Assembly: GCA_963805945.1 (NCBI GenBank) | Contig: CAWDVP010000006.1 | Coordinates: 384,001-448,000 of the forward strand | DNA length: 64,000 bases | DNA from: Vulcanimicrobiota bacterium | GTDB lineage: Bacteria > Vulcanimicrobiota > Vulcanimicrobiia > Eremiobacterales > Eremiobacteraceae | Reading direction: 5' to 3' | Shown here: positions 52,937 through 63,798 of the stretch, one piece after another | Numbering within the stretch: position 1 is the first letter of the stretch | Layout of the letters: each line of letters begins with the position of its first letter | The notes under the pieces: generated by a model | Database searches by the model: none | Seen by the model: the letters and a program-made list of their open reading frames with translations, nothing else | Told to the model about the DNA's origin: nothing | Program-made: the position numbers and the translations under genes

Positions 52937-54698
52937 GAAGATACTTGTCGCCAACCGCGGTGAGATCGCGGTGCGCGTCATCCGCGCCTGTCGCGAGCTC
53001 TCCATCCCCGTCGTGGCCGTGTATTCGGACGTCGATCGCGAATCGCGACACGTCGATATGGCGGACGAAGCTTACCGCCTCGGGCCGGCCGCGCCTTCGC
53101 AATCATACCTGAATGTCGAACGCATCGTCGAGGTCGCGCGGCTCGCGGGTTGCGACGCGATCCATCCCGGCTACGGCTTCTTGGCCGAGAACGCCGGTTT
53201 CGCGAGGCGCTGCGCCGCCGAAGACTTGGTGTTCATCGGCCCGTCAGCCGACGTGATCGACGCTATGGGCGGCAAGATCGCCGCTCGCGCCGCGGCGCGC
53301 AAAGCCGGCATGCCGGTCGTGCCGGGCACCGACCGCGCCATCGTGAGCGCCGCGGAGATCTTCGCGTTCGCGGAGCGCTTCGGCTACCCCATCGCCATCA
53401 AAGCCTCTGCTGGCGGCGGCGGCAAAGGTCTCAAGATCGCACGCTCCGACAAGGAGGTCGGCGAAGCGCTCGATCTCGCCGCGAAAGAGGCGGCGGCGTA
53501 TTTCAAAGATGCGACGGTGTATGTCGAACGGTATCTCTCGGCACCGCAGCACATCGAGCTGCAGATCCTCGGCGATAAGCACGGCGGCATGGTGCATTGC
53601 GGCGAGCGCGAATGCTCGATGCAGCGCCGCCACCAAAAACTCGTCGAGGAGACGCCGGCCAACATCTCGCCGGAGGTCCGGGAGCGGCTCACCAGCGCGG
53701 CGGTAGCCCTCGCCCGCTCGATCGCCTACGACAGCGCCGGCACGATCGAGTGTCTCGTCGAGGGCGGCGACTTCTTCTTCTTAGAGATGAACACGCGCAT
53801 CCAGGTGGAGCACACCGTCAGCGAGATGGTCTGGGGGCTCGATCTCGTCAAGGCGCAGATCCGCGTCGCGGCGGGCGAACCGCTGTGGTTCACGCAGCGC
53901 GACCTCGCACCTCGCGGGCATGCCATCGAGTGCCGCATCAACGCGGAAGATCCATCGCACGACTTCCTGCCGCACGCCGGTCGCCTCGAACGCTACGTCG
54001 AGCCGGGTGGCCCCGGCGTGCGGGTGGATTCGAGCGCCTATCCCGGCTTCGTCATCCCGCAAGAATACGATTCGATGCTCGGCAAGCTCGTGGTCTGGGG
54101 TTTGGATCGCGAGGAGGCGGTCAGCCGGATGCTGCGTGCGCTGCGCGAATACCGCATCGAGGGCGTCACCACGACGATCCCGTTCTTGCGATTGCTCCTC
54201 GCGGGGGAGGATTTCAAACGCGGGCGCTATGCGACCCCGACGGTAGAGCGCTTCTGCGCCGCGCACGGCGCGGAGATCGCCGCCGCGTACCCAAGCGTCG
54301 CTCGGGCGCCACAGGGCTCGGAGCTGAGCTTCGCTCGGCCGCTACAGGACCTCACCGTGGAGGTCAACGACAAACGTTTCGTGGTCCGCGTGCTTGATGA
54401 CGGCGCCGGCGCGCGCGCGCGACGCCGGCCACCGCTGTCGCGGCAGAAGAAACGGCTCGCCGCGGACGGCGCGACGATCGGTGCGCCGATGCACGGCATC
54501 GTCGTCGAGATCAGCGTCAAGCCCGGCGACGCGGTCGCGGACGGCCAGGTGGTCGCGGTCATCGAGGCGATGAAGATGATGAACGAAGTGCTCGCCCACC
54601 GCGCCGGCACAGTGGCGGGCATCCACGCGAGCGCCGGCGACACCGTTGAGACCGGCTCGCCGCTCATCACGTTCGAAGAGGCGACGGCGCTGCCCTAG
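52923..54698 (+). CDS. Acetyl/propionyl-CoA carboxylase alpha subunit (biotin carboxylase plus biotin carrier)
   Basis: LVANRGEIA, HPGYGFLAEN, GGGGKG, FLEMNTRIQVEH, EAMKM. Confidence 0.92.
   Translation: MPAFKKILVANRGEIAVRVIRACRELSIPVVAVYSDVDRESRHVDMADEAYRLGPAAPSQSYLNVERIVEVARLAGCDAIHPGYGFLAENAGFARRCAAEDLVFIGPSADVIDAMGGKIAARAAARKAGMPVVPGTDRAIVSAAEIFAFAERFGYPIAIKASAGGGGKGLKIARSDKEVGEALDLAAKEAAAYFKDATVYVERYLSAPQHIELQILGDKHGGMVHCGERECSMQRRHQKLVEETPANISPEVRERLTSAAVALARSIAYDSAGTIECLVEGGDFFFLEMNTRIQVEHTVSEMVWGLDLVKAQIRVAAGEPLWFTQRDLAPRGHAIECRINAEDPSHDFLPHAGRLERYVEPGGPGVRVDSSAYPGFVIPQEYDSMLGKLVVWGLDREEAVSRMLRALREYRIEGVTTTIPFLRLLLAGEDFKRGRYATPTVERFCAAHGAEIAAAYPSVARAPQGSELSFARPLQDLTVEVNDKRFVVRVLDDGAGARARRRPPLSRQKKRLAADGATIGAPMHGIVVEISVKPGDAVADGQVVAVIEAMKMMNEVLAHRAGTVAGIHASAGDTVETGSPLITFEEATALP
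54290..54346 (-). repeat. Two degenerate tandem REPs in the interdomain linker of the biotin carboxylase
   Basis: Minus strand TGTAGCGGCCGAGCGAAGCTCAGC (54346-54323) and TGTGGCGCCCGAGCGACGCTTGGG (54313-54290). Confidence 0.65.
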
Positions 54699-54732
54699 GC
54701 GTCGCCGAGCCGGCTGACGAACGCCAGTCGTG

Positions 54733-56322
54733 ATGCACGAGCGCGAGACCGACAGCGGCATTCCCATCAAGCCCGTCTATTCGGCGTCGGACGTTGACGA
54801 TCTCGACCTTGCGCATCAGCCGCTCCCCGGCGAATATCCGTTCATCCGCGGCATCCAGCGCGAGATGTACCGCGCCCGGTTGTGGACGATGCGTCAATAC
54901 GCCGGTTTTGGCACCGCCAAAGAGTCGAACGAACGCTATCGCTACCTGTTGGCGCACGGGCAGATGGGCATCTCGGTCGCCTTCGACCTGCCCACCCAGA
55001 TGGGCATGGATTCAGACGCGCCGCTCGCCGCGGGCGAGGTCGGCCGGACCGGCGTCGCCATCGACACCATCGAGGACATGGAGGCGCTGTTCGACGCCAT
55101 CCCGCAGGATCAGGTGAGCGCGTCGATGACCATCAACGCGCCTGCGGCGATTCTGCTCGCGTTGTATCTCGCGGTCGCGCGGCGGCGCGGTGTTCCCTTC
55201 GCCAAGCTGTCGGGCACGTCGCAGAACGACATCCTCAAAGAGTATGCGGCGCGCGGCACCTACATCTATCCGCCCGGCCCGTCGATGCGGCTGGTCACCG
55301 ATCTCATGTCGTACTGCGCGCAGCACGTCCCCAAGTGGAACACCATCAGCGTCAGCGGCTATCACATCCGCGAGGCAGGTGCGACGGCCGCGCAAGAGCT
55401 CGCCTTCACGCTCGCCAACGGCCGCGCGTACCTGCGCGCCGCGCTCGATGCCGGCCTGGGTGTCGATGAGGTGGCCTCGCGCATGTCGTTCTTCTGGAAC
55501 GCCCACAACGATTTTTTCGAGGAGATCGCGAAGTTCCGCGCCGCACGCGAGTTGTGGGCGCACATCGTGCGCGACGAATTCCACGCCGCATCGCCCAAGG
55601 CGTGGCTCATGCGGTTCCACACCCAGACCGGCGGCTCGACGCTCACCGCGCAAGAGCCGGAGAACAACGTCGTGCGCGTCGCGCTGCAGGCGCTCGCCGC
55701 GGTGCTGGGCGGCACGCAGTCGCTGCACACGAACAGCATGGACGAGGCGCTCGCGTTGCCGACGCAAACAGCGGCCAAGGTCGCGCTGCGGACGCAGCAG
55801 ATCATCGCCTACGAGAGCGGCGTCGCGGCGACTGCCGATCCCCTCGCCGGCTCGTATTTCGTCGAGCGGCTGACCGCCGATCTGGCCGCCAAGGCGCGCG
55901 AGATCCTCGCGGAGGTCGATAAACGCGGCGGCGCCGTGGCGGCGATCGAGAGCGGCTGGATGCAGGAGCAGATCGCCGAGAGCGCCTACCGCGCGCAGGC
56001 GAAACTGGAGAACGGCCTGACGGCGGTCGTCGGCGTCAACAAGTTCGTCGAACCCGACGCATCGGCGGTCGCGCCGCTGCTGCAGCGTATCGATCCGTCC
56101 ATCGAGCGCGAGCAATGCGCGCGCCTTGCCGCGTTTCGGGCGCGGCGCGATGGCGCGCAGGCGGCGGCGCGCCTGGCCGCTGTCAAGCGCGCGGCGACGG
56201 CGACCGGTGCGCCGCTCATGCCCGAATTCGTCGAGGCGGTCGACGCCGGCTGCACGCTTGGCGAGGTCGCCGACGCGCTGCGCGAGGTCTTCTCCGTCTA
56301 TCGGCCCGCGGCGGCGGTCTAG
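54733..56322 (+). CDS. Methylmalonyl-CoA mutase, substrate-binding subunit (no B12-binding domain)
   Basis: [18 protein letters not shown] (Tyr specificity residue), [21 protein letters not shown] (Arg), [17 protein letters not shown]. No DxHxxG motif. Confidence 0.9.
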   Translation: MHERETDSGIPIKPVYSASDVDDLDLAHQPLPGEYPFIRGIQREMYRARLWTMRQYAGFGTAKESNERYRYLLAHGQMGISVAFDLPTQMGMDSDAPLAAGEVGRTGVAIDTIEDMEALFDAIPQDQVSASMTINAPAAILLALYLAVARRRGVPFAKLSGTSQNDILKEYAARGTYIYPPGPSMRLVTDLMSYCAQHVPKWNTISVSGYHIREAGATAAQELAFTLANGRAYLRAALDAGLGVDEVASRMSFFWNAHNDFFEEIAKFRAARELWAHIVRDEFHAASPKAWLMRFHTQTGGSTLTAQEPENNVVRVALQALAAVLGGTQSLHTNSMDEALALPTQTAAKVALRTQQIIAYESGVAATADPLAGSYFVERLTADLAAKAREILAEVDKRGGAVAAIESGWMQEQIAESAYRAQAKLENGLTAVVGVNKFVEPDASAVAPLLQRIDPSIEREQCARLAAFRARRDGAQAAARLAAVKRAATATGAPLMPEFVEAVDAGCTLGEVADALREVFSVYRPAAAV

Positions 56323-56325
56323 GAA

Positions 56326-56739
56326 GTGGACCGGCCGATCGATCACGTGGCGCTGGTGGTGCGCGATCTCGACGCGAGCGCCGCGGTCTATCGGACGCTC
56401 GGGTTCACACAACGCTACCGCGAGCGCGTCGAGGATCAAGGCGTCGACATCATCGGCATGAGCGCCGGCGATTCCACCATCGAACTGCTCAAGCCGCTGC
56501 AGCCGGACTCGCCGCTCGTGCGCTTCTTGGGCGACAAACCGTCGAAGCTCCATCACATCGCATACCGGGTGCCCGACATCGAGGTTGAGCTCGCGCGGCT
56601 CAAGGCGCAGGGCACGCGTCTCATCGACGAACGGCCGCGGCGCGGCGCGCACGGCAACCTCATCGCCTTCATCCACCCGAGCGCGACGGACGGCGCGCTC
56701 GTCGAGGTCTGCCAGCAAGGAATTCCCGATGTCGCTTGA
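56326..56739 (+). CDS. mce: Methylmalonyl-CoA epimerase
   Basis: IDHVALVV, IELLKP, LHHIAYRV, GAHG..IAFIHP, LVEVCQ; follows the mutase. Confidence 0.92.
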   Translation: MDRPIDHVALVVRDLDASAAVYRTLGFTQRYRERVEDQGVDIIGMSAGDSTIELLKPLQPDSPLVRFLGDKPSKLHHIAYRVPDIEVELARLKAQGTRLIDERPRRGAHGNLIAFIHPSATDGALVEVCQQGIPDVA

Positions 56740-57271
56740 GGCCTGGAGCCTCGCCGCGTCGGCCGGCACGTTCCTCGTCATCGCGGCGACCGCGATCGCG
56801 GCGATCGTGCAGCTGCGCCACATGCGCAGCAGCAACCAGATCACCGCGCTCTCCAAGCTCGAGGAGATGTGGGATGATCCCGACTTCACCATCGCTCGGC
56901 GGCGCGTGGCGACGGAGCTCGACGAGCGCCTCAAAGATCCGCTGTTCCGGGCCAAGGTCGCCTCTGAGGTGCCGACCGACGAGCTGGTCCGCGCGCTCAA
57001 CGACGTGTGCAACTTCTACGAGACGATGGGCGTGTACGTCAAGCACGGCCTTGCCGACGTCGACGTCGTGTGCGATTTCTGGTCCGCCATCGTCAGCCAG
57101 ACATGGACACGGCTGAAGCCCGCGATCGCCCTCGCCCGGCAAGGGTCGATGGGTGATCAGCTGTGGGAGAATTTCGAATACATGGTCATCGTCACCCAGC
57201 GTTACCTCGCGAAGCACCCACGGACGTTTCCCCGCGGCATGGAGCGCCTACCGCTCGACGACGCGCAGTGA
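56729..57271 (+). CDS. Membrane-anchored hypothetical protein, paralog F
   Basis: MSLE + TM + QLRHMRSSNQI ... YETMG ... WENFEYM ... HPRTFP. Confidence 0.82.
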   Translation: MSLEAWSLAASAGTFLVIAATAIAAIVQLRHMRSSNQITALSKLEEMWDDPDFTIARRRVATELDERLKDPLFRAKVASEVPTDELVRALNDVCNFYETMGVYVKHGLADVDVVCDFWSAIVSQTWTRLKPAIALARQGSMGDQLWENFEYMVIVTQRYLAKHPRTFPRGMERLPLDDAQ

Positions 57272-57284
57272 GGCGTCTTCGCTC

Positions 57285-58832
57285 TCACGGATGGGTCAGC
57301 GTCGTGTCGAGCTGTACCTCGAATGTGCGCTGCCAAGGAAGATAGATAGAGAGCTGGCTCTGCTGCCAGCCCGCCGGCGCGAAGTCGGCATCGAAGAGAT
57401 CGACTGCAAGCGGCCACAGCCGGGCTCGCACTTGTGACTCCGCGGCCGCGGTTTGGTCGCCGAGCGCGTACGTGTCGAAGCCGTCGCGGCGCAGCTCGGC
57501 GTTGAGCGTCGGCCGCACTAACAGGCGATAGTCGTAATCGTCCACGTAACGGTCGAACAGAAACGTCTCCTGCGCGTCAGGCCGCGCACTTCCGACGTGC
57601 CGTGCGAGAGCGCCGCACGCCGCAGCGGAGAGCGCGGTACCGGCGCTGTTCGCCGTGGTGTTCCACGACGCGAACGCCAGTGGCAGCGCGGCGACGCCCG
57701 CGCCCTGCAGCGCTTCAGGTTCGACCCGCTCCTCCCCGAGATCGTCGTCGATGAAGGTGATGTCGGCGAGCGCGATCGGTTCACCGTCGTGCAAGCGCTT
57801 CGCCAAGCGGCTGAAATAGTACGACCGCATCTCGACCGGCGTGAGCGGCGTGAACACGTCGAGCGTGAGATCCTGGCCGGCTTCGACCACCGTCACGTGC
57901 AAGGCGCGGGCCAAGCCTTCGATCGTCTGGTGGACGGGGACATCCTCGAGCGGGTCCTGCAGCCGGGCACCGAGCGGGCTTGAGTACTCGATCCGCACGC
58001 GCGGCGACCAGCCAGCCGCGTCCTCCGCCGCTCGGGTGACGGCTACCATGCCCATCTCATCCGCGCCCGGATTGAACAGCACGCGCCCGCTCGCGCGGAG
58101 TTCCGACGCTAGGGCGATCAGACGGCGCTGCTCTGATGCCTGCAAGCCGTCGGAAGAGCCTGCATCGTCTTGCGTGATCGCCAGCCATGCGATGTCGCCC
58201 TTGGCGGCGAGCGTGATGAGCTGCTCGTCGGTCGCGAGGTCGCGTGCGCGGGCGCCGATGTAATCCCAGAACGCCGCATCCGGAACACCGCTGCGAGACT
58301 GCGCGAGCGCGGCGCGATCGTCGGACGTGAGATGCGGCGCGCCGGCAAGCCGCGCATAGTTCGTCAGCGCCTCGAGATAGGGCTCGCTTTGCGGCGTCTC
58401 CGTCGGCGCCAAGCGCATGATCGTGCCGAAGACGTAGAGCGGCACACGCGGGTGCAGCTCGTGGAAGCGCGCCAGCGCCTGCAGGCGCGCCTGCGCGGTT
58501 GAGAGCGCGGTGGCAGGCGTTCTCGACGCGACGAGGCCGCCGTAGGCCAGCATGTCCGATGACACGACGACAGCGCTCAGCCCTTGTGTATCGAGCGCGA
58601 GCAGCCACTGACCGATCGCGTCGGCGTCGCCCGGCTTGGTGAAGTGCCCGAGCAGCTGCGGCGGCGGCATCTCGAGCCGCACCCCGCAGATGGCGGCGGT
58701 GGCCTGCGGGAATTGCGCCGTCGCCGGACGGTCGTCCATGGGGATGAACGCGATGCGGCTGGGCGCGCCGGCAGCCGGCGCCGCGACGAGGAATAGCAGC
58801 GCTGCTAACGCCGCACTACGGAGAATCGACAT
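57285..58832 (-). CDS. Secreted DUF4127-like protein
   Basis: Signal peptide; FIPMDDRP, DMLAYGGLVASR, TIMR, QDD, PGADE, ASWNTTANSAGTAL, PWQRTFEV. Confidence 0.75.
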   Translation of the reverse strand: MSILRSAALAALLFLVAAPAAGAPSRIAFIPMDDRPATAQFPQATAAICGVRLEMPPPQLLGHFTKPGDADAIGQWLLALDTQGLSAVVVSSDMLAYGGLVASRTPATALSTAQARLQALARFHELHPRVPLYVFGTIMRLAPTETPQSEPYLEALTNYARLAGAPHLTSDDRAALAQSRSGVPDAAFWDYIGARARDLATDEQLITLAAKGDIAWLAITQDDAGSSDGLQASEQRRLIALASELRASGRVLFNPGADEMGMVAVTRAAEDAAGWSPRVRIEYSSPLGARLQDPLEDVPVHQTIEGLARALHVTVVEAGQDLTLDVFTPLTPVEMRSYYFSRLAKRLHDGEPIALADITFIDDDLGEERVEPEALQGAGVAALPLAFASWNTTANSAGTALSAAACGALARHVGSARPDAQETFLFDRYVDDYDYRLLVRPTLNAELRRDGFDTYALGDQTAAAESQVRARLWPLAVDLFDADFAPAGWQQSQLSIYLPWQRTFEVQLDTTLTHP

Positions 58833-59530
58833 CTACACCGACAGGTAGCGCTGCATCAGCTCCTGGTCGTCGCGCAATTCCGCCGAGGCGTTCGACGCGA
58901 CGATCATGCCGTCCGACAGCACGTGCGCGCGATCGGATACCGCGAGCGCGACGCGGGCGTTCTGCTCGACCAGCAGCATCGTCATGCCCTCGGCCTTCAT
59001 CTGCATGACCGCCGCCTGGATCGCCTGAGCGACGACCGGGGCCAGCCCCTCGAGCGGCTCGTCCAAGAGGATGATCTCGGGATTCGAGATGAGCGCGCGC
59101 GCGATGCTCAGCATCTGCTGCTCGCCGCCCGAGAGCGACTTGCCGCTGTTGCCCTTACGCTCTTCCAAACGCGGAAAGAACGCGAAGACCTTCTTATAGT
59201 CCCACGGACCTTTGCGTCCGGCCAGCGTCGCGAGCTCGAGGTTCTCGGCCACGGTGAGGTTCGGGAAGACCCGCCGCTCTTCGGGGACATACGCGATGCC
59301 CATGCGCGAGATGACGAACGGCTTCATGCCGGCGATGTCGCGGCCGGCGAACTTGATCGTGCCGCTGCGCGGCGGCGTCACGCCCATGATGCTCTTGAGC
59401 GTCGTGCTGCGCCCCGAACCGTTGCGGCCGAGCAGCGCGACGACCTCGCCGCGGTCCACGTCGACCGTGACGTCCTGGAGGATGTGGCTCTTGCCGTAGT
59501 ACGTGTTGAGACCGTGGACTTCGAGCAGCA

Positions 59531-59531
<1 letters not shown>
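58833..59531 (-). CDS. livF: Branched-chain amino acid-type ABC transporter ATPase (LivF-like)
   Basis: GRNGSGRST, VPEERRVF, LSGGEQQML, LLDEP, LVEQN. Confidence 0.88.
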
Positions 59532-60273
<742 letters not shown>

Positions 60274-60277
<4 letters not shown>

Positions 60278-61275
60278 GTTCGTTTCGCCCGCAGATTCTT
60301 CCACGCGCTTTCGGCAAGACCCCAGATGCCCTGCGGCGCGAAGAGGACGAAAGCGACGAAGACGATGCCGATGTAGCCTTCCCAGTACGCGGTGTAGTTC
60401 GAGATGTACTGCTGCATGAACTTGAACAGCCCGGCGCCGAGGATCGGACCCCAGAACGTGGGCGCGCCGCCGAGCAGCGTCATCATGACGATGTCGCCTG
60501 ATTCGGTCCAGTTGAGCTGCGACGGGTTGACCGCGCCGTCGTAGTAGGCGAGCAGCACGCCGGCGATCGCCGGCAGCATCGCCGACAGCACGAACGCGTT
60601 GATCTTGTAGCGCACGACGTCGTAGCCGAGGAACTCCGCACGCTGGCGGTTCTCCCGTATCGCGTGGCAGACGGCGCCGAACGGCGAGTGGATCACGCGC
60701 CACATGAACGCGGTGGCGAGCCACGCGATGATCGCGCACAGGATGTAGAACTGCGTCTCGTTGTTCATGTTGAGGTGCACGCCCGGCAGGATGTGCGTCG
60801 GGCGCGTGACGCCCTGGATGCCGTCATCGCCGCCGGTGACGGCGTTCCAGCGATCGCCGACGAAGGTCAGCACCTGGCCGACCGCGAGCATGATCATGGA
60901 GAAGTAGATGCCCGTGCTGCGCGGCACCACGACGCGCGCGAGGACGAACGCGAACAGCATCGTGCCGGCGAATGCGAGCAGCATCGCCGGCCAGAACGAC
61001 CAGCCGTGGTTGATGATCACGAAGGCGGAGAAATAGCCAGCCAGGCCCACGAATGCGGCGTGCCCGAACGACAGCTCGCCGGTATGGCCGTACAACAGGT
61101 TGAAGCCGAGCGCGATCATGCCGAAGATGACCATGTTGGTGGCGAGCGCGACGTTGCTCTTGAGGACGTGCACGAGCACCCACGGCAGCACCACGAGCAC
61201 CACCGCCCATACGAGCAGCGGCACCAGGCCGCCCCAGCTGTTGTGGCGCTGCTGCGCCGGCGTCAGCACGGCCAT
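60274..61275 (-). CDS. livM: ABC transporter permease (LivM-like)
   Basis: GHTGELSFGHAAF, GIYFSMI, TGGDDG, SPFG..AIREN, LLGG..FWGP. Confidence 0.87.
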
Positions 61276-62177
61276 CAGTCGAACAACCCTTCCGTACCGA
61301 AGAGGCCGCGCGGCCGCAGCAGCAGGATGAGCAGCATGAACGCGAACGGCACGATGTCCTCCGCCGAGGAGCCGCCGGGGATGAGCTGGACGGTGATCTC
61401 CTGCAGCAGACCGATGATGAGACCGCCTGCCACCGCGCCCCAGAACGAGCCGATGCCGCCGACGATGACGACGAGAAACGCGATGATGATGTAGGTCGCG
61501 CCCATGTTCGGATCGATGTTGTACAGCGGCGCCTCGAGGCCGCCCGCGAGCCCGCCCAGGAACGAACCGAGGCCGAAAACGACGGTGAAAGTGAGCGGCA
61601 TGTTGATGCCGAGGATGCCCACCATCTCGCTGTCGCGGGTGCCGGCGCGGATCGTCAGGCCGAGATTCGTCCGCACGAGCATCAGATACACGAGCACGAG
61701 CACGACGACGGTGACGAGGACCACGACGAGACGGAAGGTCGGGTACTGCGAGAATCCGAGGTTCACCGAGCCGGCGAGGAAACCTGAGGGCGAGAGCGGC
61801 TGCGGGATGTCGCCCCAGACCTTGCGGATGATCTGCGTGAAGATGAGAAACGCGCCGAAGGTGAACATGAGCACGTGCTCGGGCGGACGGCCGTACAGCC
61901 GCCTGATGAAGCCGCTCTCCATGCCCATGCCGAGCACCGCCATGCACAGCGCGCCGACGATGATGGCGGGGAACAGCCCGATCCTGGTCGAGAGCGTGAA
62001 CGTGATGTACGCGCCCAACGCGAAGAAGGCGCCGTGCGAGAAATTGATGACCCCCATGAGCCCGAGGATGATGTTGAGCCCAAGCGCGAGGAGCACGTAC
62101 AGCATGCCGCGCGTGAGGCCATCGAAGATGGTCTCCGCGATCTGGTTCGGCAGTATGGCGACATACGCCGCCGCCAT
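61275..62177 (-). CDS. livH: ABC transporter permease (LivH-like)
   Basis: ALGLNIILGLMGVINFSHG, GLTIRA, VIVGGIGS, RPRGLFG. Confidence 0.87.
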   Translation of the reverse strand: MAAAYVAILPNQIAETIFDGLTRGMLYVLLALGLNIILGLMGVINFSHGAFFALGAYITFTLSTRIGLFPAIIVGALCMAVLGMGMESGFIRRLYGRPPEHVLMFTFGAFLIFTQIIRKVWGDIPQPLSPSGFLAGSVNLGFSQYPTFRLVVVLVTVVVLVLVYLMLVRTNLGLTIRAGTRDSEMVGILGINMPLTFTVVFGLGSFLGGLAGGLEAPLYNIDPNMGATYIIIAFLVVIVGGIGSFWGAVAGGLIIGLLQEITVQLIPGGSSAEDIVPFAFMLLILLLRPRGLFGTEGLFD

Positions 62178-62224
62178 CGTCAGGGCGGCATGAACGCTAT
62201 ACGTGGTCGATGCCCTCCGATATG

Positions 62225-62301
62225 GTAAGGGCCGACCTTTAGGTCGGCCCCACGGTGGTCTCCTTCAGAGTGTTTGCGGTCGAGTGAACTCGACCGCTCC
62301 A
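62225..62301. repeat. Two REPs between the substrate-binding protein gene and the permease gene
   Basis: GTAAGGGCCGACCTTTAGGTCGGCCCC (62225-62251) and CGGTCGAGTGAACTCGACCGCTCCA (62277-62301). Confidence 0.82.
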
Positions 62302-62317
62302 CCCCAGGCCGCCGGGC

Positions 62318-63652
62318 TTACGCCCTGCTCTTTGGTGTGTACCCCTCCCGCGTCGGAATGGTCTGCGCGGCAAGCTTCGCCGGCGCGTCGCTCTGATCGC
62401 ATGGCTCCAGGGTCTCGCTTGCCGGCACGATCGCGTTGATCTTGAAGAACTGATTGGGGAATTTCCACTGCGATTTCGGGATCGCCTCGGTCACAAGCAC
62501 GTCGAGCTCGTTTTGATGGTCGCACGCCCGGATGTGGCAGAACTTCTTCTGCAGCCCATTGAACGTGAGGTCTTCCATCGCATGCGCGAGTTTCGTCGCA
62601 TCCGTCGTGCCGGCACGCAGGATCCCGGTGATGGCCGCTTCAGCGGCGAGCCAGCCGAGGTACATGCGCCAGTCGACGTATTGCGCGCCAGCGGCCTTCA
62701 GCTTGTCGCCGAGCTGCTTCGAGCCTTCGGTCGGGTAGTCGGGTGCCCAGGGCGCTCCCCAGATGCCTCGATTGTTCTCCGCACCGTAACCGAGCGCGAC
62801 CTCGACGCCGTTGAGCGGTCCGCCGACCTGCTTGAAGACCTTGTCGAGGCCCAGCTGGACGTATTGCTTGATGCCGTTGACCAGATCGCCGCCGTACCAG
62901 CTCAGCACGAGCACGTCTGCGCCGCTGTTCTTGGCCTTGGTGAGCTGCGCGGTGAAGTCGCCCGAGTTGACCGGGAACGCGGTGAGCTCGTTGCCGAGCG
63001 ATTTGCCGCCATTCGCCTCGAGCACTGTCTGGAAACCAGCTTGCGCCGAGTGTCCATACGCATAGTCCGGCGTGATGAAAAACCATTTTTTGCCGTATGG
63101 CAGCAGCGCTTTTGCCGTCGCATTCGCGAGCATCGAGTTCGCTGCTGTCGTACGGAAGCAGCACAAGCGAGCATTGCTGCCGGTGATCGTCGTGTCGTGC
63201 GTACCCGCCGCGACGTAGACGATGCCGAGCCGCTGCGCGAGCGCCGAGAGCGCCAGGCCGACGCCTGATGACACCTCGCCGACGAGCACGTCGACCTTGT
63301 CCTGTTCGATGAGTTTGGTGGCGTTGGGAACCGCGACGTCAGGCTTGGCGGCGGTGTCCGCATGGACGAGCTGGATCTGACGCCCGAGCACACCGCCGCG
63401 CGCGTTCCACTCGGCGACGGCGACCTTCTTGCCGAGCGACTGGCTCGATCCGGACACCGCATAGACCCCGCTCGTCTCGTCGACATCGCCGATGAGGATC
63501 GGCGCGTTGTCCGCGACGACAGCGGGCGCGTAACCCAGCGACGTCGCGACGCCCGCTCCCGCTCCGGCGACCGCAGCGGCGGCCGTGCCGACGCCGGCGA
63601 GAAAATCCTTACGTGACAGCGACGGCTTCGGAGAGTCTTCGGAATGTGCCAT
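62318..63652 (-). CDS. Liv-type ABC transporter substrate-binding protein with a Tat-like signal
   Basis: SRKDFL plus hydrophobic signal; SGVYA, NARGGVLGRQI, GEVSS, DYAYG, IRACDHQ. Confidence 0.85.
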   Translation of the reverse strand: MAHSEDSPKPSLSRKDFLAGVGTAAAAVAGAGAGVATSLGYAPAVVADNAPILIGDVDETSGVYAVSGSSQSLGKKVAVAEWNARGGVLGRQIQLVHADTAAKPDVAVPNATKLIEQDKVDVLVGEVSSGVGLALSALAQRLGIVYVAAGTHDTTITGSNARLCCFRTTAANSMLANATAKALLPYGKKWFFITPDYAYGHSAQAGFQTVLEANGGKSLGNELTAFPVNSGDFTAQLTKAKNSGADVLVLSWYGGDLVNGIKQYVQLGLDKVFKQVGGPLNGVEVALGYGAENNRGIWGAPWAPDYPTEGSKQLGDKLKAAGAQYVDWRMYLGWLAAEAAITGILRAGTTDATKLAHAMEDLTFNGLQKKFCHIRACDHQNELDVLVTEAIPKSQWKFPNQFFKINAIVPASETLEPCDQSDAPAKLAAQTIPTREGYTPKSRA

Positions 63653-63798
63653 GACGACCTCTTTCCTTGTGACGACCGGGCGGCAGAGTTGCGAAAAACG
63701 CCGCCTTGTGACGGGCGCCGTCCGTGCGAAAACAGCGTACGAAAAACGTTGGCAGGAGTATTATGCCCGCCTTAAGCGGTCTCCTACGGCCTGCTTCC

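Noticed and set aside
54733..56322. Truncated mutase pseudogene or isobutyryl-CoA mutase
   Set aside because: Split mutases with a separate B12-binding subunit are common. The Tyr and Arg specificity residues and the adjacent epimerase indicate methylmalonyl-CoA mutase.
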